The notes below the pieces were generated by a model. It searched no databases and had not been told where the DNA came from. It saw nothing but the letters and a program-made list of their open reading frames with translations. DNA of 64,000 nt from positions 69,185-133,184 of the forward strand of contig JBELBJ010000002.1 of assembly GCA_042095375.1 (NCBI GenBank). The letters run 5' to 3'. Numbering within the stretch: the first letter of the stretch is position 1; every line of letters begins with the position of its first letter. Positions 46,384-55,014 of the stretch are shown here, in pieces. Source of the DNA: Marinoscillum sp. (GTDB taxonomy: Bacteria; Bacteroidota; Bacteroidia; Cytophagales; MED-G16). A program made the position numbers and the translations under genes.

Positions 46384-48054
46384 TTATTGTGGAATTCTTA
46401 TTTTCTCAACTAATTCTTCTATATGTTTTGGAGGTGGAGATGATAATTTTGAAACAATTATTGAAACAGAAAAATTACATAACATAGCAATAGTTCCAAA
46501 ACCTTCAGGAGAAATTCCAAACCACCATTCAGATTTTGGAGGAATATCACCTAACCATCCTAACTTAAACTTCATCATATAAAATAACATAAGTGTAATA
46601 CCCACAATCATTCCACTTATTGCTCCCTCTTTATTAATTCTTTTTGAAAAAATCCCTAAAATTATAGCTGGAAAGAATGAAGCAGCAGCAAGACCAAATG
46701 CTAATGCTACAACAGCTGCAACAAAATCTGGAGGGTTGTAAGCAAAATAACCAGCTATAAGAACAGCAAAGAATGCTGATAATCTAGCTATTAATAATTC
46801 ATTTTTTTGGCTAATATCTGGAAGTAATATTTTTTTAATTAAATCATTAGAAATTGCTGTAGATATAACTAATAATAAACCGGCAGCAGTTGAAAGTGCA
46901 GCAGCAAGACCACCTGCAGCAACTAATGCAATAACCCATGGTGGAAGATTAGCTATCTCGGGATTAGCTAATACCATTATATCATTATTAATTATTAACT
47001 CATTTTCATCTGAATTTATATAGTTTATAATACCATCATTGTTCTTATCTTCAAATTTAATAAGTCCAGTATTTTCCCAATTTTTAAACCATTCAGGCAT
47101 TGTTAAATATTCTTTATTACTTACCGTTTCAAGTAAATTAAGTTTTGAAAATACGGAAACAGCAGGTGCAGTAGTATATAAAATAGTTATAAATAATAAA
47201 GCTAATCCTACAGATTTTCTTGCATCACTAACCTTCCGAACAGTAAAAAACCTAACAATAACATGAGGCAATCCTGCTGTACCTACCATTAATGCCAATG
47301 TAATGCAAAAAACATCAATTATTGATTTTGAACCAGTTGTATACTCATTAAATCCCAAGTCTTTAGATAATAAATCTAACTTTTCAAGGAGAAAAACTCC
47401 TGATCCATCGTTAAGAGTAGATCCCATACCAATTTGGGGAATAATGTTACCAGTCATTTGTAAGGAAATAAAAAATGCAGGTAACATAAAAGCAAAGATC
47501 AAAATACAATATTGAGCAACTTGAGTATAAGTAATGCCTTTCATACCTCCTAAAATTGCATAAAATAATACTATAACCATACCAATAATCACACCTAACT
47601 CAAAAGAAACCTCTAGAAACCTTGAAAAAACAATTCCTACACCCTGCATTTGACCAGCAACATATGTGAAAGAAACAATAAGAGCACAAAATACCGCAAC
47701 TAATCTTGCATAAATAGAATAATATCTTTCTCCAATAAAATCAGGAACAGTAAATTTTCCAAAATTTCTAAGGTAGGGTGCAACCAATAAAGCTAAAAGT
47801 ACATATCCACCTGTCCATCCCATCAGGTATACTGAACCATCATAACCAGCAAAAGCAATTATTCCAGCCATAGAAATAAATGAAGCTGCAGACATCCAAT
47901 CAGCTGCAGTTGCCATTCCATTGGCGAGTGGAGAAACTCCTTTACCAGCAATATAAAATTCACTAGTAGATGATGTTCTTGACCAAATTGCAATGGATAT
48001 GTATATTAGAAAAGTTATTCCAACTATAATATATGTCCAGGTTTGTACATCCAT
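46384..48054 (-). CDS. sodium:solute symporter, large subunit (VC_2705/ActP-like)
   Basis: 556 aa with about 13 TM helices. SSS family, paired with an upstream DUF4212 small subunit. Confidence 0.85.
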   Translation of the reverse strand: MDVQTWTYIIVGITFLIYISIAIWSRTSSTSEFYIAGKGVSPLANGMATAADWMSAASFISMAGIIAFAGYDGSVYLMGWTGGYVLLALLVAPYLRNFGKFTVPDFIGERYYSIYARLVAVFCALIVSFTYVAGQMQGVGIVFSRFLEVSFELGVIIGMVIVLFYAILGGMKGITYTQVAQYCILIFAFMLPAFFISLQMTGNIIPQIGMGSTLNDGSGVFLLEKLDLLSKDLGFNEYTTGSKSIIDVFCITLALMVGTAGLPHVIVRFFTVRKVSDARKSVGLALLFITILYTTAPAVSVFSKLNLLETVSNKEYLTMPEWFKNWENTGLIKFEDKNNDGIINYINSDENELIINNDIMVLANPEIANLPPWVIALVAAGGLAAALSTAAGLLLVISTAISNDLIKKILLPDISQKNELLIARLSAFFAVLIAGYFAYNPPDFVAAVVALAFGLAAASFFPAIILGIFSKRINKEGAISGMIVGITLMLFYMMKFKLGWLGDIPPKSEWWFGISPEGFGTIAMLCNFSVSIIVSKLSSPPPKHIEELVEKIRIPQ

Positions 48055-48061
48055 ATATTAC

Positions 48062-48316
48062 CTATTTTTTATCAAATCCATATTTTTTATCTAGTTTATT
48101 TATAAGAAAAACATATATAAAAATTAAAATAACAAATACATACATTGAACCTTGTTGAGCAAACCAGAAGCCTAACTTAAAACCACCAAACGTTATTGAG
48201 TCTAATTTTTCTTTAAATAAAATTGACAAACCAAAAGAAACAAAAAACCATATAGATAATAATATAACAACATATTTAAGGTTTTCTTTCCAGTAATTAT
48301 TATTTTGACTTTTCAA
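48062..48316 (-). CDS. solute:sodium symporter small subunit (DUF4212)
   Basis: 84 aa with two TM helices and FGGFKLGFWFAQQGSMYVFVILIFIY. Confidence 0.75.
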   Translation of the reverse strand: MKSQNNNYWKENLKYVVILLSIWFFVSFGLSILFKEKLDSITFGGFKLGFWFAQQGSMYVFVILIFIYVFLINKLDKKYGFDKK

Positions 48317-48366
48317 TATGATAAAAATTTATAAATTTATACTTTCTATAAAAAAAATTAGTCGTT

Positions 48367-49698
48367 ATGAAGTTACTTAATTTAATTCTATTAGTATTAA
48401 TTAGTTTTAAAATTCATTCTCAGGATATTCTAAACTTAAAAGAGCGAGCAAAAGTTATTGAGGAAATTCAAAAAGATAGATTTGATAACCTTTTACCAAA
48501 ACTTATGGAGGAGACAGATATTGATATGTGGGTAATAATAACAAGAGAATATAATGAGGACCCAGTTATAAAAACACTACTCCCACCAACATGGCTTAAT
48601 GCTAGAAGAAGAACTATTTTAGCTTTCCACTATGATAAAAAAACAAAAAATTTAGAAAAAGTTGCAATAGCTAGATACTCATTTGGAAAAAATATTCCAT
48701 CTATTTGGAATAAAGAGGAAGAACCAAATCAGATGAAGGCGCTAGCTAAATTCATTGAGGAAAAAAATCCAGATAAAATAGGATTAAATTTTTCAGATCA
48801 TTTTGCATTAGCTGATGGAATAGTTAAAACCGATTATGAATTACTATTAGATAATTTACCAACTAAATTATCTAATAAAGTAGTCTCAGCAGAGGAACTT
48901 GCCATAAGATGGATTGAAACTCGAACAGAAAAAGAAATGATTATTTATGATCAATTAGTAGAAATAACACATGGTATTATAAATGAAGCTTTTTCAACAA
49001 ATGTAATAACACCCGGAGTTACTTCAACTAATGATGTTGTCTGGTGGATGAGAGAAAAGGTAAAAAAACTAGGTCTTAAAACTTGGTTTCATCCAACAAT
49101 TGATGTTCAAAGAAATGAGATAAGTGATTTGTATGGTTTTGATGGAGAATCTAAATTCGATATAATTTTACCTGGTGATCTAGTTCATTGTGATTTTGGT
49201 ATATCTTATTTAACATTAAATACTGATTGTCAAGAACTTGCTTATGTATTAAAACCAAATGAAACTAAAGCACCAGACTATCTTGTTAAGGCATTAGACG
49301 AAGGAAATAGAGTTCAAGATATTTTCACTGATCTATTTAAATACAAAAAAACTGGTAATCAAATACTAAAAGAGGCATTAGAACAAGGAAAAAATGAGGG
49401 ATTAAGACCTCAAATTTATACCCATCCTTTAGGAACCTTTGGACATTCCGCAGGAACTACTTTAGGTATGTGGGATTCTCAAAGTGGTGTTCCTTTTACT
49501 GGCGATTTTCCGATGAATTATAATACTGTATATGCAATTGAATTAAACACTAAGGTGTTTATTAAAGAATGGAATAAAGATATTAGAATAATGCTCGAAG
49601 AAGCAGGTGTATTTGAGAAAACAGGTTTTAGATATGTAAACGGAAGACAGACTGAATTAATTTTGGTTGGGAGTAAAAGAAACCATTTAGGAAATTAA
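48367..49698 (+). CDS. secreted M24-family (pita-bread) metallopeptidase
   Basis: 443 aa with a signal peptide. Metal-ligand pattern DLVHCDFGISY...D, HPLGTFGHS, IELN and MLEE. Confidence 0.7.
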   Translation: MKLLNLILLVLISFKIHSQDILNLKERAKVIEEIQKDRFDNLLPKLMEETDIDMWVIITREYNEDPVIKTLLPPTWLNARRRTILAFHYDKKTKNLEKVAIARYSFGKNIPSIWNKEEEPNQMKALAKFIEEKNPDKIGLNFSDHFALADGIVKTDYELLLDNLPTKLSNKVVSAEELAIRWIETRTEKEMIIYDQLVEITHGIINEAFSTNVITPGVTSTNDVVWWMREKVKKLGLKTWFHPTIDVQRNEISDLYGFDGESKFDIILPGDLVHCDFGISYLTLNTDCQELAYVLKPNETKAPDYLVKALDEGNRVQDIFTDLFKYKKTGNQILKEALEQGKNEGLRPQIYTHPLGTFGHSAGTTLGMWDSQSGVPFTGDFPMNYNTVYAIELNTKVFIKEWNKDIRIMLEEAGVFEKTGFRYVNGRQTELILVGSKRNHLGN

Positions 49699-50591
49699 AA
49701 AGAGTCTACTTTCAAATAAGCATCGACTAATGCTTTTTCTCCTTCAGCACCTTGTATAGAATTACCATGTTCCATACCAAGGATACCATCATAACCTTTT
49801 TCATATATAAACTTAAATACATTTTGATAATTTATTTCACCAGTAGTTGGTTCCTTTCTACCAGGATTATCTCCAATTTGGAAATATGCAATTTCATCCC
49901 ATGTATCATCTATATTAGGAATTAAATTACCCTCTTGAATTTGCTGATGATAAATATCAAATAAAATTTTACATGATGGAGAATCTACTGCTTTACAAAT
50001 TTGAAAAGCTTGAGGGCTTTCTGTTAGAAATAACCCTGGATGATCTCTAAAGTTTAAAGGTTCTAATACCATCACCAAATTATGAGGTTCTAAAATATCA
50101 GATGCTCTTTTTAGAGTTTCAATTACATTTGAAGTTTGGTAAGACATATCTTTTCTTAGATCTAAATTTCCAGGGACCACTGTCATCCATTTAGCATTTA
50201 CTCTTTTAGCTACTTCTACAGAATTCTTAATATCATTTAAAAAATCATTTCTATAATCATCATCTCCACTAGAAAGGTTAGGCTTATCCCAATATATTTT
50301 ATGGGCTACAAAAACACCCATTTTCATTCCTCTTTTGACTAAAGTTTTAGATATTTTTTCTTGAAGGGCTATTGATCTTGATTTCATACCATTATCCTCG
50401 AAAGATCTAAAACCAAGATCAGCCATATAATTAATTTGATCTATAGGATCATCACCCACACTATTTTTGAACATACCCAAATGTGGTGCATAATTCAATT
50501 TGAAATTATTTTTTGATAAAACATTAAATGGAAATAATGCCCCAATCGATAATGCAAAAGAAAATTTATTAATAAAAGTCCTTCTAATCAT
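49695..50591 (-). CDS. Tat-signal xylose-isomerase-like TIM-barrel protein (hydroxypyruvate-isomerase family)
   Basis: 298 aa with IRRTFIN near the N-terminus. VLEPLN, DIYHQQIQEG, FQIGDNPGRKEPTTGEINY and GMEHG. Confidence 0.75.
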   Translation of the reverse strand: MIRRTFINKFSFALSIGALFPFNVLSKNNFKLNYAPHLGMFKNSVGDDPIDQINYMADLGFRSFEDNGMKSRSIALQEKISKTLVKRGMKMGVFVAHKIYWDKPNLSSGDDDYRNDFLNDIKNSVEVAKRVNAKWMTVVPGNLDLRKDMSYQTSNVIETLKRASDILEPHNLVMVLEPLNFRDHPGLFLTESPQAFQICKAVDSPSCKILFDIYHQQIQEGNLIPNIDDTWDEIAYFQIGDNPGRKEPTTGEINYQNVFKFIYEKGYDGILGMEHGNSIQGAEGEKALVDAYLKVDSF

Positions 50592-50600
50592 AAATCCTTA

Positions 50601-51911
50601 TTAAATAAATTTAGTTTTTCCTGGAACAGGAATTTTATAATTCCCATTAGAATCAGGTAAAGTTGGAGCTTTGGAATCCCAAGACAAATTATCTGGCACT
50701 AAATTTTCTTTAGAATTCATAATTTGATTCCAAGTAATTTTCTTTCCAGTATAAGTTGCCATTCTACCCATAATTGCTGACAAAGTACTTTTAGCTGCAT
50801 TTTCTGTGTCTGATATTACTTCACCATTTCTTATAGATTGAAATAATTTATCATGTTCAACCTGATATGGGTTTGGATCATCTGACCAAGATCTAGGATA
50901 TTTATAAGTAAGTTCTTTATTTAAATCAAAAATTTCACCTTTTCCCAAAACAATAGAGCCATTTGAGCCTTGAAAAACTTCATCAACTCTACTTTCAGTT
51001 CCCTTTTGATGTCTACACTGGCTTGATACAACAGCACCACTCGGGTAATGAAATTCTACAAAATGATGATCGAATATCTGACCATGTTCCTTTCCATTTC
51101 TTACTTCTCTCCCACCCATTCCTTGTGCATGTGATGGATATTCTCCAATAAACCAATTGGCAACATCTATATTATGAATATGTTGCTCTAGAATATGATC
51201 TCCACATATCCATGTAAAGTAGTACCAGTTTCTCATTTGATATTCAAGCTCTTTTTGATTAGGTTTTCTATTATTTGACCATACACCGCCATCTTTCCAA
51301 TAAACTTGTCCGGAAACAATTTTCCCAATATCTCCCGATTTTACTTTATTATATAGATCGATATATTTATTCTCATAATGTCTTTGTAAACCTACAACTA
51401 CATTTAATTTTTTTTCTTTTGCTTTACGTGCCACTTCTAAAACCCTTCTTACACCAGTAGCATCTGTTGCCAATGGTTTTTCCATAAATATATGTTTATC
51501 ATTATTTACTGCATACTCAAAATGTTGGGGTCTAAAACCGGGTGGTGTTGTAAGAATAACGACATCACATAAATCAATTGCTTTTTTATAGGCATCGAAA
51601 CCTACAAATAAATTTTTTTCTTTGATTTTAATTTTTCTTGAATCCCCGAAGTGATCATTTATTCCTTTAAGACTTGAATCTATTCTATCTCTAAATGTAT
51701 CCGCCATTGAGACAAGCTCAACATTATCATCAGCTGTTAACGCTTGAACAACAGCACCAGATCCTCTTCCTCCACATCCCACAACGGCTAAATTTAATTT
51801 TTTATTTTCATTGACATTAGCAAATGATTCAATAGCAATATTAGATGCTATTACTCCACTAGTTATCGCTGCTGTCTTTTTTACAAAACTTCTTCTTGAT
51901 TCCTTTTTCAT
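50601..51911 (-). CDS. Tat-exported Gfo/Idh/MocA-family oxidoreductase
   Basis: 436 aa. SRRSFVKKTAAITSG twin-arginine signal, Rossmann VVGCGGRGSGA, and MEKP. Confidence 0.8.
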   Translation of the reverse strand: MKKESRRSFVKKTAAITSGVIASNIAIESFANVNENKKLNLAVVGCGGRGSGAVVQALTADDNVELVSMADTFRDRIDSSLKGINDHFGDSRKIKIKEKNLFVGFDAYKKAIDLCDVVILTTPPGFRPQHFEYAVNNDKHIFMEKPLATDATGVRRVLEVARKAKEKKLNVVVGLQRHYENKYIDLYNKVKSGDIGKIVSGQVYWKDGGVWSNNRKPNQKELEYQMRNWYYFTWICGDHILEQHIHNIDVANWFIGEYPSHAQGMGGREVRNGKEHGQIFDHHFVEFHYPSGAVVSSQCRHQKGTESRVDEVFQGSNGSIVLGKGEIFDLNKELTYKYPRSWSDDPNPYQVEHDKLFQSIRNGEVISDTENAAKSTLSAIMGRMATYTGKKITWNQIMNSKENLVPDNLSWDSKAPTLPDSNGNYKIPVPGKTKFI

Positions 51912-51951
51912 ATTTTGGTCATTTAGTATTTAATTAATTTATAAATAATTA

Positions 51952-52881
51952 TTAATTATTCCAAAACATATTTCCCAGTGATTCAGAATCTTTTTTATTT
52001 ACTCTCACTATTCTAAATCCAATATCAGGAGCGTCAGTATTCCACCATTGACTTTTTGGTATTTGAGGATCTCTTTTTTGTAATGAATTATCAGAATAAA
52101 ATCGTTTGTGGGTTAATAAATAAGTTGGATCATCATTCCATGAACCTCCTCTATAAACTTTTGGATATTTACTTTCATTAAAAATAAAAGGATCTTTTCT
52201 TAATTTTTTTGATTTAAAAATATTATCATCATATGAATCAGCTACCCATTCAGATACATTTCCCAACATATCGTTTAGTCCCCATTTATTAGACTTTTTT
52301 AGACCTACCTTATGATACTTTTGATTTGAATTTTCTTTATGCCATGCATAAAAAGATAAAGAATCAATATTATTTCCATATGAATACTCATTATTTGACC
52401 CTGCTTTACAAGCATATTCCCATTCTGCTTCTGTCGGAAGTCTATATAAATTACCAGTTACCGATGAAAGCCATTGACAAAATCTTGATGCAGCAAAATG
52501 AGTCATATTAACAGCAGGAAAACCCTCTTTTCCCATACCAAAACTCATATCAGTATATGGAACAGTTGGACCTGAAAATCCATCAATTGTAATTATATCA
52601 TTTTTAGTTTTAATTATTAAGTCAGTATTTTCAAATGATTCATCAACAAATAATTGATAAATATCCCAAGTAATTTCATATTTAGACATCCAAAAAGATG
52701 AAATTTGAGTATTTAAATTTGATTTTTTATTACCCATTGTATATTCTCCACCTCTAATAAATATCATATCAATTGATAAATCAACATTTGGAATTTTTTC
52801 TGAATAATTAGATTTATCAAAATTTTGAAATAAAAAATTGATGAATATTAATTGTAAAATTATTTGACTAATTATTATCAT
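51952..52881 (-). CDS. FGE/SUMF1-fold (formylglycine-generating-enzyme-like) protein
   Basis: 309 aa with an N-terminal anchor. RLPTEAEWEYACKAG, GNVSEWV and YRGGSWNDDP. Confidence 0.8.
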   Translation of the reverse strand: MIIISQIILQLIFINFLFQNFDKSNYSEKIPNVDLSIDMIFIRGGEYTMGNKKSNLNTQISSFWMSKYEITWDIYQLFVDESFENTDLIIKTKNDIITIDGFSGPTVPYTDMSFGMGKEGFPAVNMTHFAASRFCQWLSSVTGNLYRLPTEAEWEYACKAGSNNEYSYGNNIDSLSFYAWHKENSNQKYHKVGLKKSNKWGLNDMLGNVSEWVADSYDDNIFKSKKLRKDPFIFNESKYPKVYRGGSWNDDPTYLLTHKRFYSDNSLQKRDPQIPKSQWWNTDAPDIGFRIVRVNKKDSESLGNMFWNN

Positions 52882-54084
52882 TTAAAAAGTTAATTCAAAA
52901 CTAAGCCCAGCATTCTCTCTAAGTCTTTTTAATAATTTATCTCCCATTGAATGAGAAGGAGTAACAACACCATAGTTACTTGGTAAATCATCAAAGGCAA
53001 GACACAAAGCTGATTCAGCAAGTATTTTTGATGTTGAACCATATCCAGGATCGCTATCACCTATTACTTTAGCAAGTACTATCGAATTGTCCTTTAATTT
53101 TATGTAAAATCTTAAATTATAAAAACCTTGTTCTCTATTTTTAATTCCCGGTCCCTCACCTGGTTTCGGCATAAAATAATCGACAAATTTTTTGATAAAT
53201 GAATTAGGATTTATACTTACTATTGCTAGTGGTAATGCTGTTATTACTGCCTTAATAAGTCCTTTAGGACCTTTTCCTGCAATCATTGCTTCTTCATATA
53301 TAAAATCTTTACCGTAATGAAAATTAGATAATGCATTGCTTCTTCTTACAATTTTTGTATTAATTCCAGCCATAAGAAAAGGGTAAATCCAACTACCAGA
53401 AATATCATCAAACATAATTTTTTGTAAGTCTTTCTTATCATCACCTTCCATTTTATCTATTGGATTAAGTCCATATGGGTTCTTAAGAACCCTAAATACA
53501 TCCTTATCTTTATATGCTTCTTTTAATAAATTATTTAAACTCTTATACGTTCCGCCACTAATACCACCTCTTATACCTGCAACCCTCATTTTTATCTCTT
53601 GAGCATGTAAGTTTAATTTACTAAGTTCACTTTGAATAAAATAAACACCCATATCTGAAGGAACAGAATCAAAACCGCAAGAATTCACAATTTTGATTTT
53701 TTTCGTTTTTGCATCCTCATGAAATCTATCAATTAGTGATCTAATCCAATGAACCTCACCTGTTATATCACAATAATTAGTACTATATTTTACACATAGC
53801 TCAACAAGTAATGATCCATAAAGTGAATAAGGGCCAACTGTTGAACAAATAACTTTAGTTTTCTCAACAATTAATGATAAGGATTTTTTATCAAAACTAT
53901 CAGCAATAAGAATTGGTATTTTTTTATCTGCTACCTCTAATCTAATATTTTCTAATTTTTCTTTATTTCTACCTGCAATAGCCCATTTAATTTTATTAGA
54001 TCCAAATTTTTTGAAAAAATATTCAGTAACTAATTTTCCAGTAAATGAAGATGCTCCCCAAATAACAATGTCAAAACGATTCAT
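52882..54084 (-). CDS. saccharopine-dehydrogenase-like (SCCPDH-type) NAD(P) oxidoreductase
   Basis: 400 aa. FDIVIWGASSFTGKLVTEY Rossmann N-terminus and CGFDSVPSD. Confidence 0.7.
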   Translation of the reverse strand: MNRFDIVIWGASSFTGKLVTEYFFKKFGSNKIKWAIAGRNKEKLENIRLEVADKKIPILIADSFDKKSLSLIVEKTKVICSTVGPYSLYGSLLVELCVKYSTNYCDITGEVHWIRSLIDRFHEDAKTKKIKIVNSCGFDSVPSDMGVYFIQSELSKLNLHAQEIKMRVAGIRGGISGGTYKSLNNLLKEAYKDKDVFRVLKNPYGLNPIDKMEGDDKKDLQKIMFDDISGSWIYPFLMAGINTKIVRRSNALSNFHYGKDFIYEEAMIAGKGPKGLIKAVITALPLAIVSINPNSFIKKFVDYFMPKPGEGPGIKNREQGFYNLRFYIKLKDNSIVLAKVIGDSDPGYGSTSKILAESALCLAFDDLPSNYGVVTPSHSMGDKLLKRLRENAGLSFELTF

Positions 54085-54096
54085 AAATTCTAAAAT

Positions 54097-54134
54097 AAAA
54101 AAAAACGGTTATACTATATGTAGTTTAACCGTTT
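54097..54134 (-). terminator. intrinsic terminator downstream of tRNA-Asn
   Basis: On the minus strand, AAACGGTT - 16 nt loop - AACCGTTT followed by a T-run (plus-strand A-run 54097-54105). It begins 10 nt after the tRNA 3' end. Confidence 0.55.
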
Positions 54135-54144
54135 AATTTTTAAG

Positions 54145-54218
54145 CGCCTTCTCTAGGACTCGAACCTAGGACCAATAGATTAACAGTCTACTGCTCTAAC
54201 CAACTGAGCTAAGAAGGC
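54145..54218 (-). tRNA. tRNA-Asn (anticodon GUU)
   Basis: Hand-folded, 74 nt. GCCTTCT-TA-GCTC-AGTTGGTTA-GAGC-A-GTAGA-CTGTTAA-TCTAT-TGGTC-CTAGG-TTCGAGT-CCTAG-AGAAGGC-G. No encoded CCA. Confidence 0.85.
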
Positions 54219-54305
54219 TAAAAGAATCGTTTGCAATATTAATCTGTCAAGATTAAATCTGCAATACAAAAATAAATAAATTAGTTAATGGTTTTTATTT
54301 ATCAA

Positions 54306-54369
54306 TTAATGACATTATGTCACTAAAATGAAATAAACGAATATATAAATGACATTATGTCATTAAAAT
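54306..54369. promoter_or_regulatory. two tandem palindromic operator-like sites upstream of hsp20
   Basis: TGACATTATGTCA occurs at 54310-54322 and 54350-54362. The second copy extends to the perfect 8-1-8 palindrome AATGACATTATGTCATT at 54348-54364. Flanks are also conserved (AATGACATTATGTCAyTAAAAT). Centres are 40 bp apart, about 124 and 84 nt upstream of the hsp20 ATG. Confidence 0.5.
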
Positions 54370-54439
54370 CTTTAATTTTTTAATTCGGCATAATTTTTTC
54401 AATATGTAATAGTGAATGTAAAATTTAAATTTAATTATT

Positions 54440-54880
54440 ATGACAAAATTAATATTAAGACCTTCTAATAACTATTTATCGTCCCTTTGGAATGATAATA
54501 TATTTGATGATTTTTTTAACGATTCATTATTTTTTAAAAGTAACTTCAGAAATGAATTTACACCAAATGTAGATATTGCTGAAACTGATATATCATTTGA
54601 ATTTAGTTTTGATTTGCCAGGAGTAAAAAAATCAGATCTTTCAATTGAAATGAATAATGGAAACATTATAATTTCTGGTGAAAGAAAAATGAGAAACAAT
54701 AAAAATGGTAAAAACTATCATTCATTGGAATCAAGATATGGTAAATTTTCAAGAAGTTTTGAACTTCCTACGGGAATAAATGAAAATAAAATTGATGCAA
54801 AATTTACAGATGGAATTCTAAATATTAGCATTCCAAAAGATGAAAAAAAAGTAGTTAAAAATACTATTCAGATAAAATAA
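54440..54880 (+). CDS. small heat-shock protein (Hsp20/alpha-crystallin family)
   Basis: 146 aa. Alpha-crystallin domain DIAETDISFEFSFDLPGVKKSDLSIEMNNGNIIISGERK ... GILNISIPK. Confidence 0.9.
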   Translation: MTKLILRPSNNYLSSLWNDNIFDDFFNDSLFFKSNFRNEFTPNVDIAETDISFEFSFDLPGVKKSDLSIEMNNGNIIISGERKMRNNKNGKNYHSLESRYGKFSRSFELPTGINENKIDAKFTDGILNISIPKDEKKVVKNTIQIK

Positions 54881-54904
54881 GAAGGTTATATCTATACAAA
54901 AAAA

Positions 54905-54931
54905 GGGATAATAATTATTATCCCTTTTTTT
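54905..54931 (+). terminator. intrinsic terminator after hsp20
   Basis: Perfect 20-nt palindrome GGGATAATAATTATTATCCC (54905-54924) followed by T7 and preceded by an A-run. Confidence 0.75.
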
Positions 54932-55014
54932 ATGTTAAACAATGTTAATATCGATATCCTATTTATAGTTTATTTCGTTATAGCGTTATAAATTTGTAAA
55001 AAATTATTTTTAAA

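Noticed and set aside
45540-46582. ORFs 45540-45881 (-) and 46352-46582 (+) as possible real genes around the fusion gene and the symporter 3' end.
   Set aside because: The first is antisense within the methyltransferase-glycosylase ORF. The second is antisense to the C-terminus of the SSS transporter. Neither has motifs or a plausible start context.
51952-52881. The FGE-fold protein as a sulfatase-maturating enzyme or a GldJ/GldK gliding component.
   Set aside because: No sulfatase gene and no gld/spr (T9SS) neighbours are in the window. The fold alone does not establish either role.
2788-54218. tRNA-Arg and tRNA-Asn as integration sites for genomic islands.
   Set aside because: I noticed no integrase, transposase or phage genes and no duplicated tRNA 3' segment nearby. 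Flanking genes are ordinary housekeeping or catabolic genes with the same composition.
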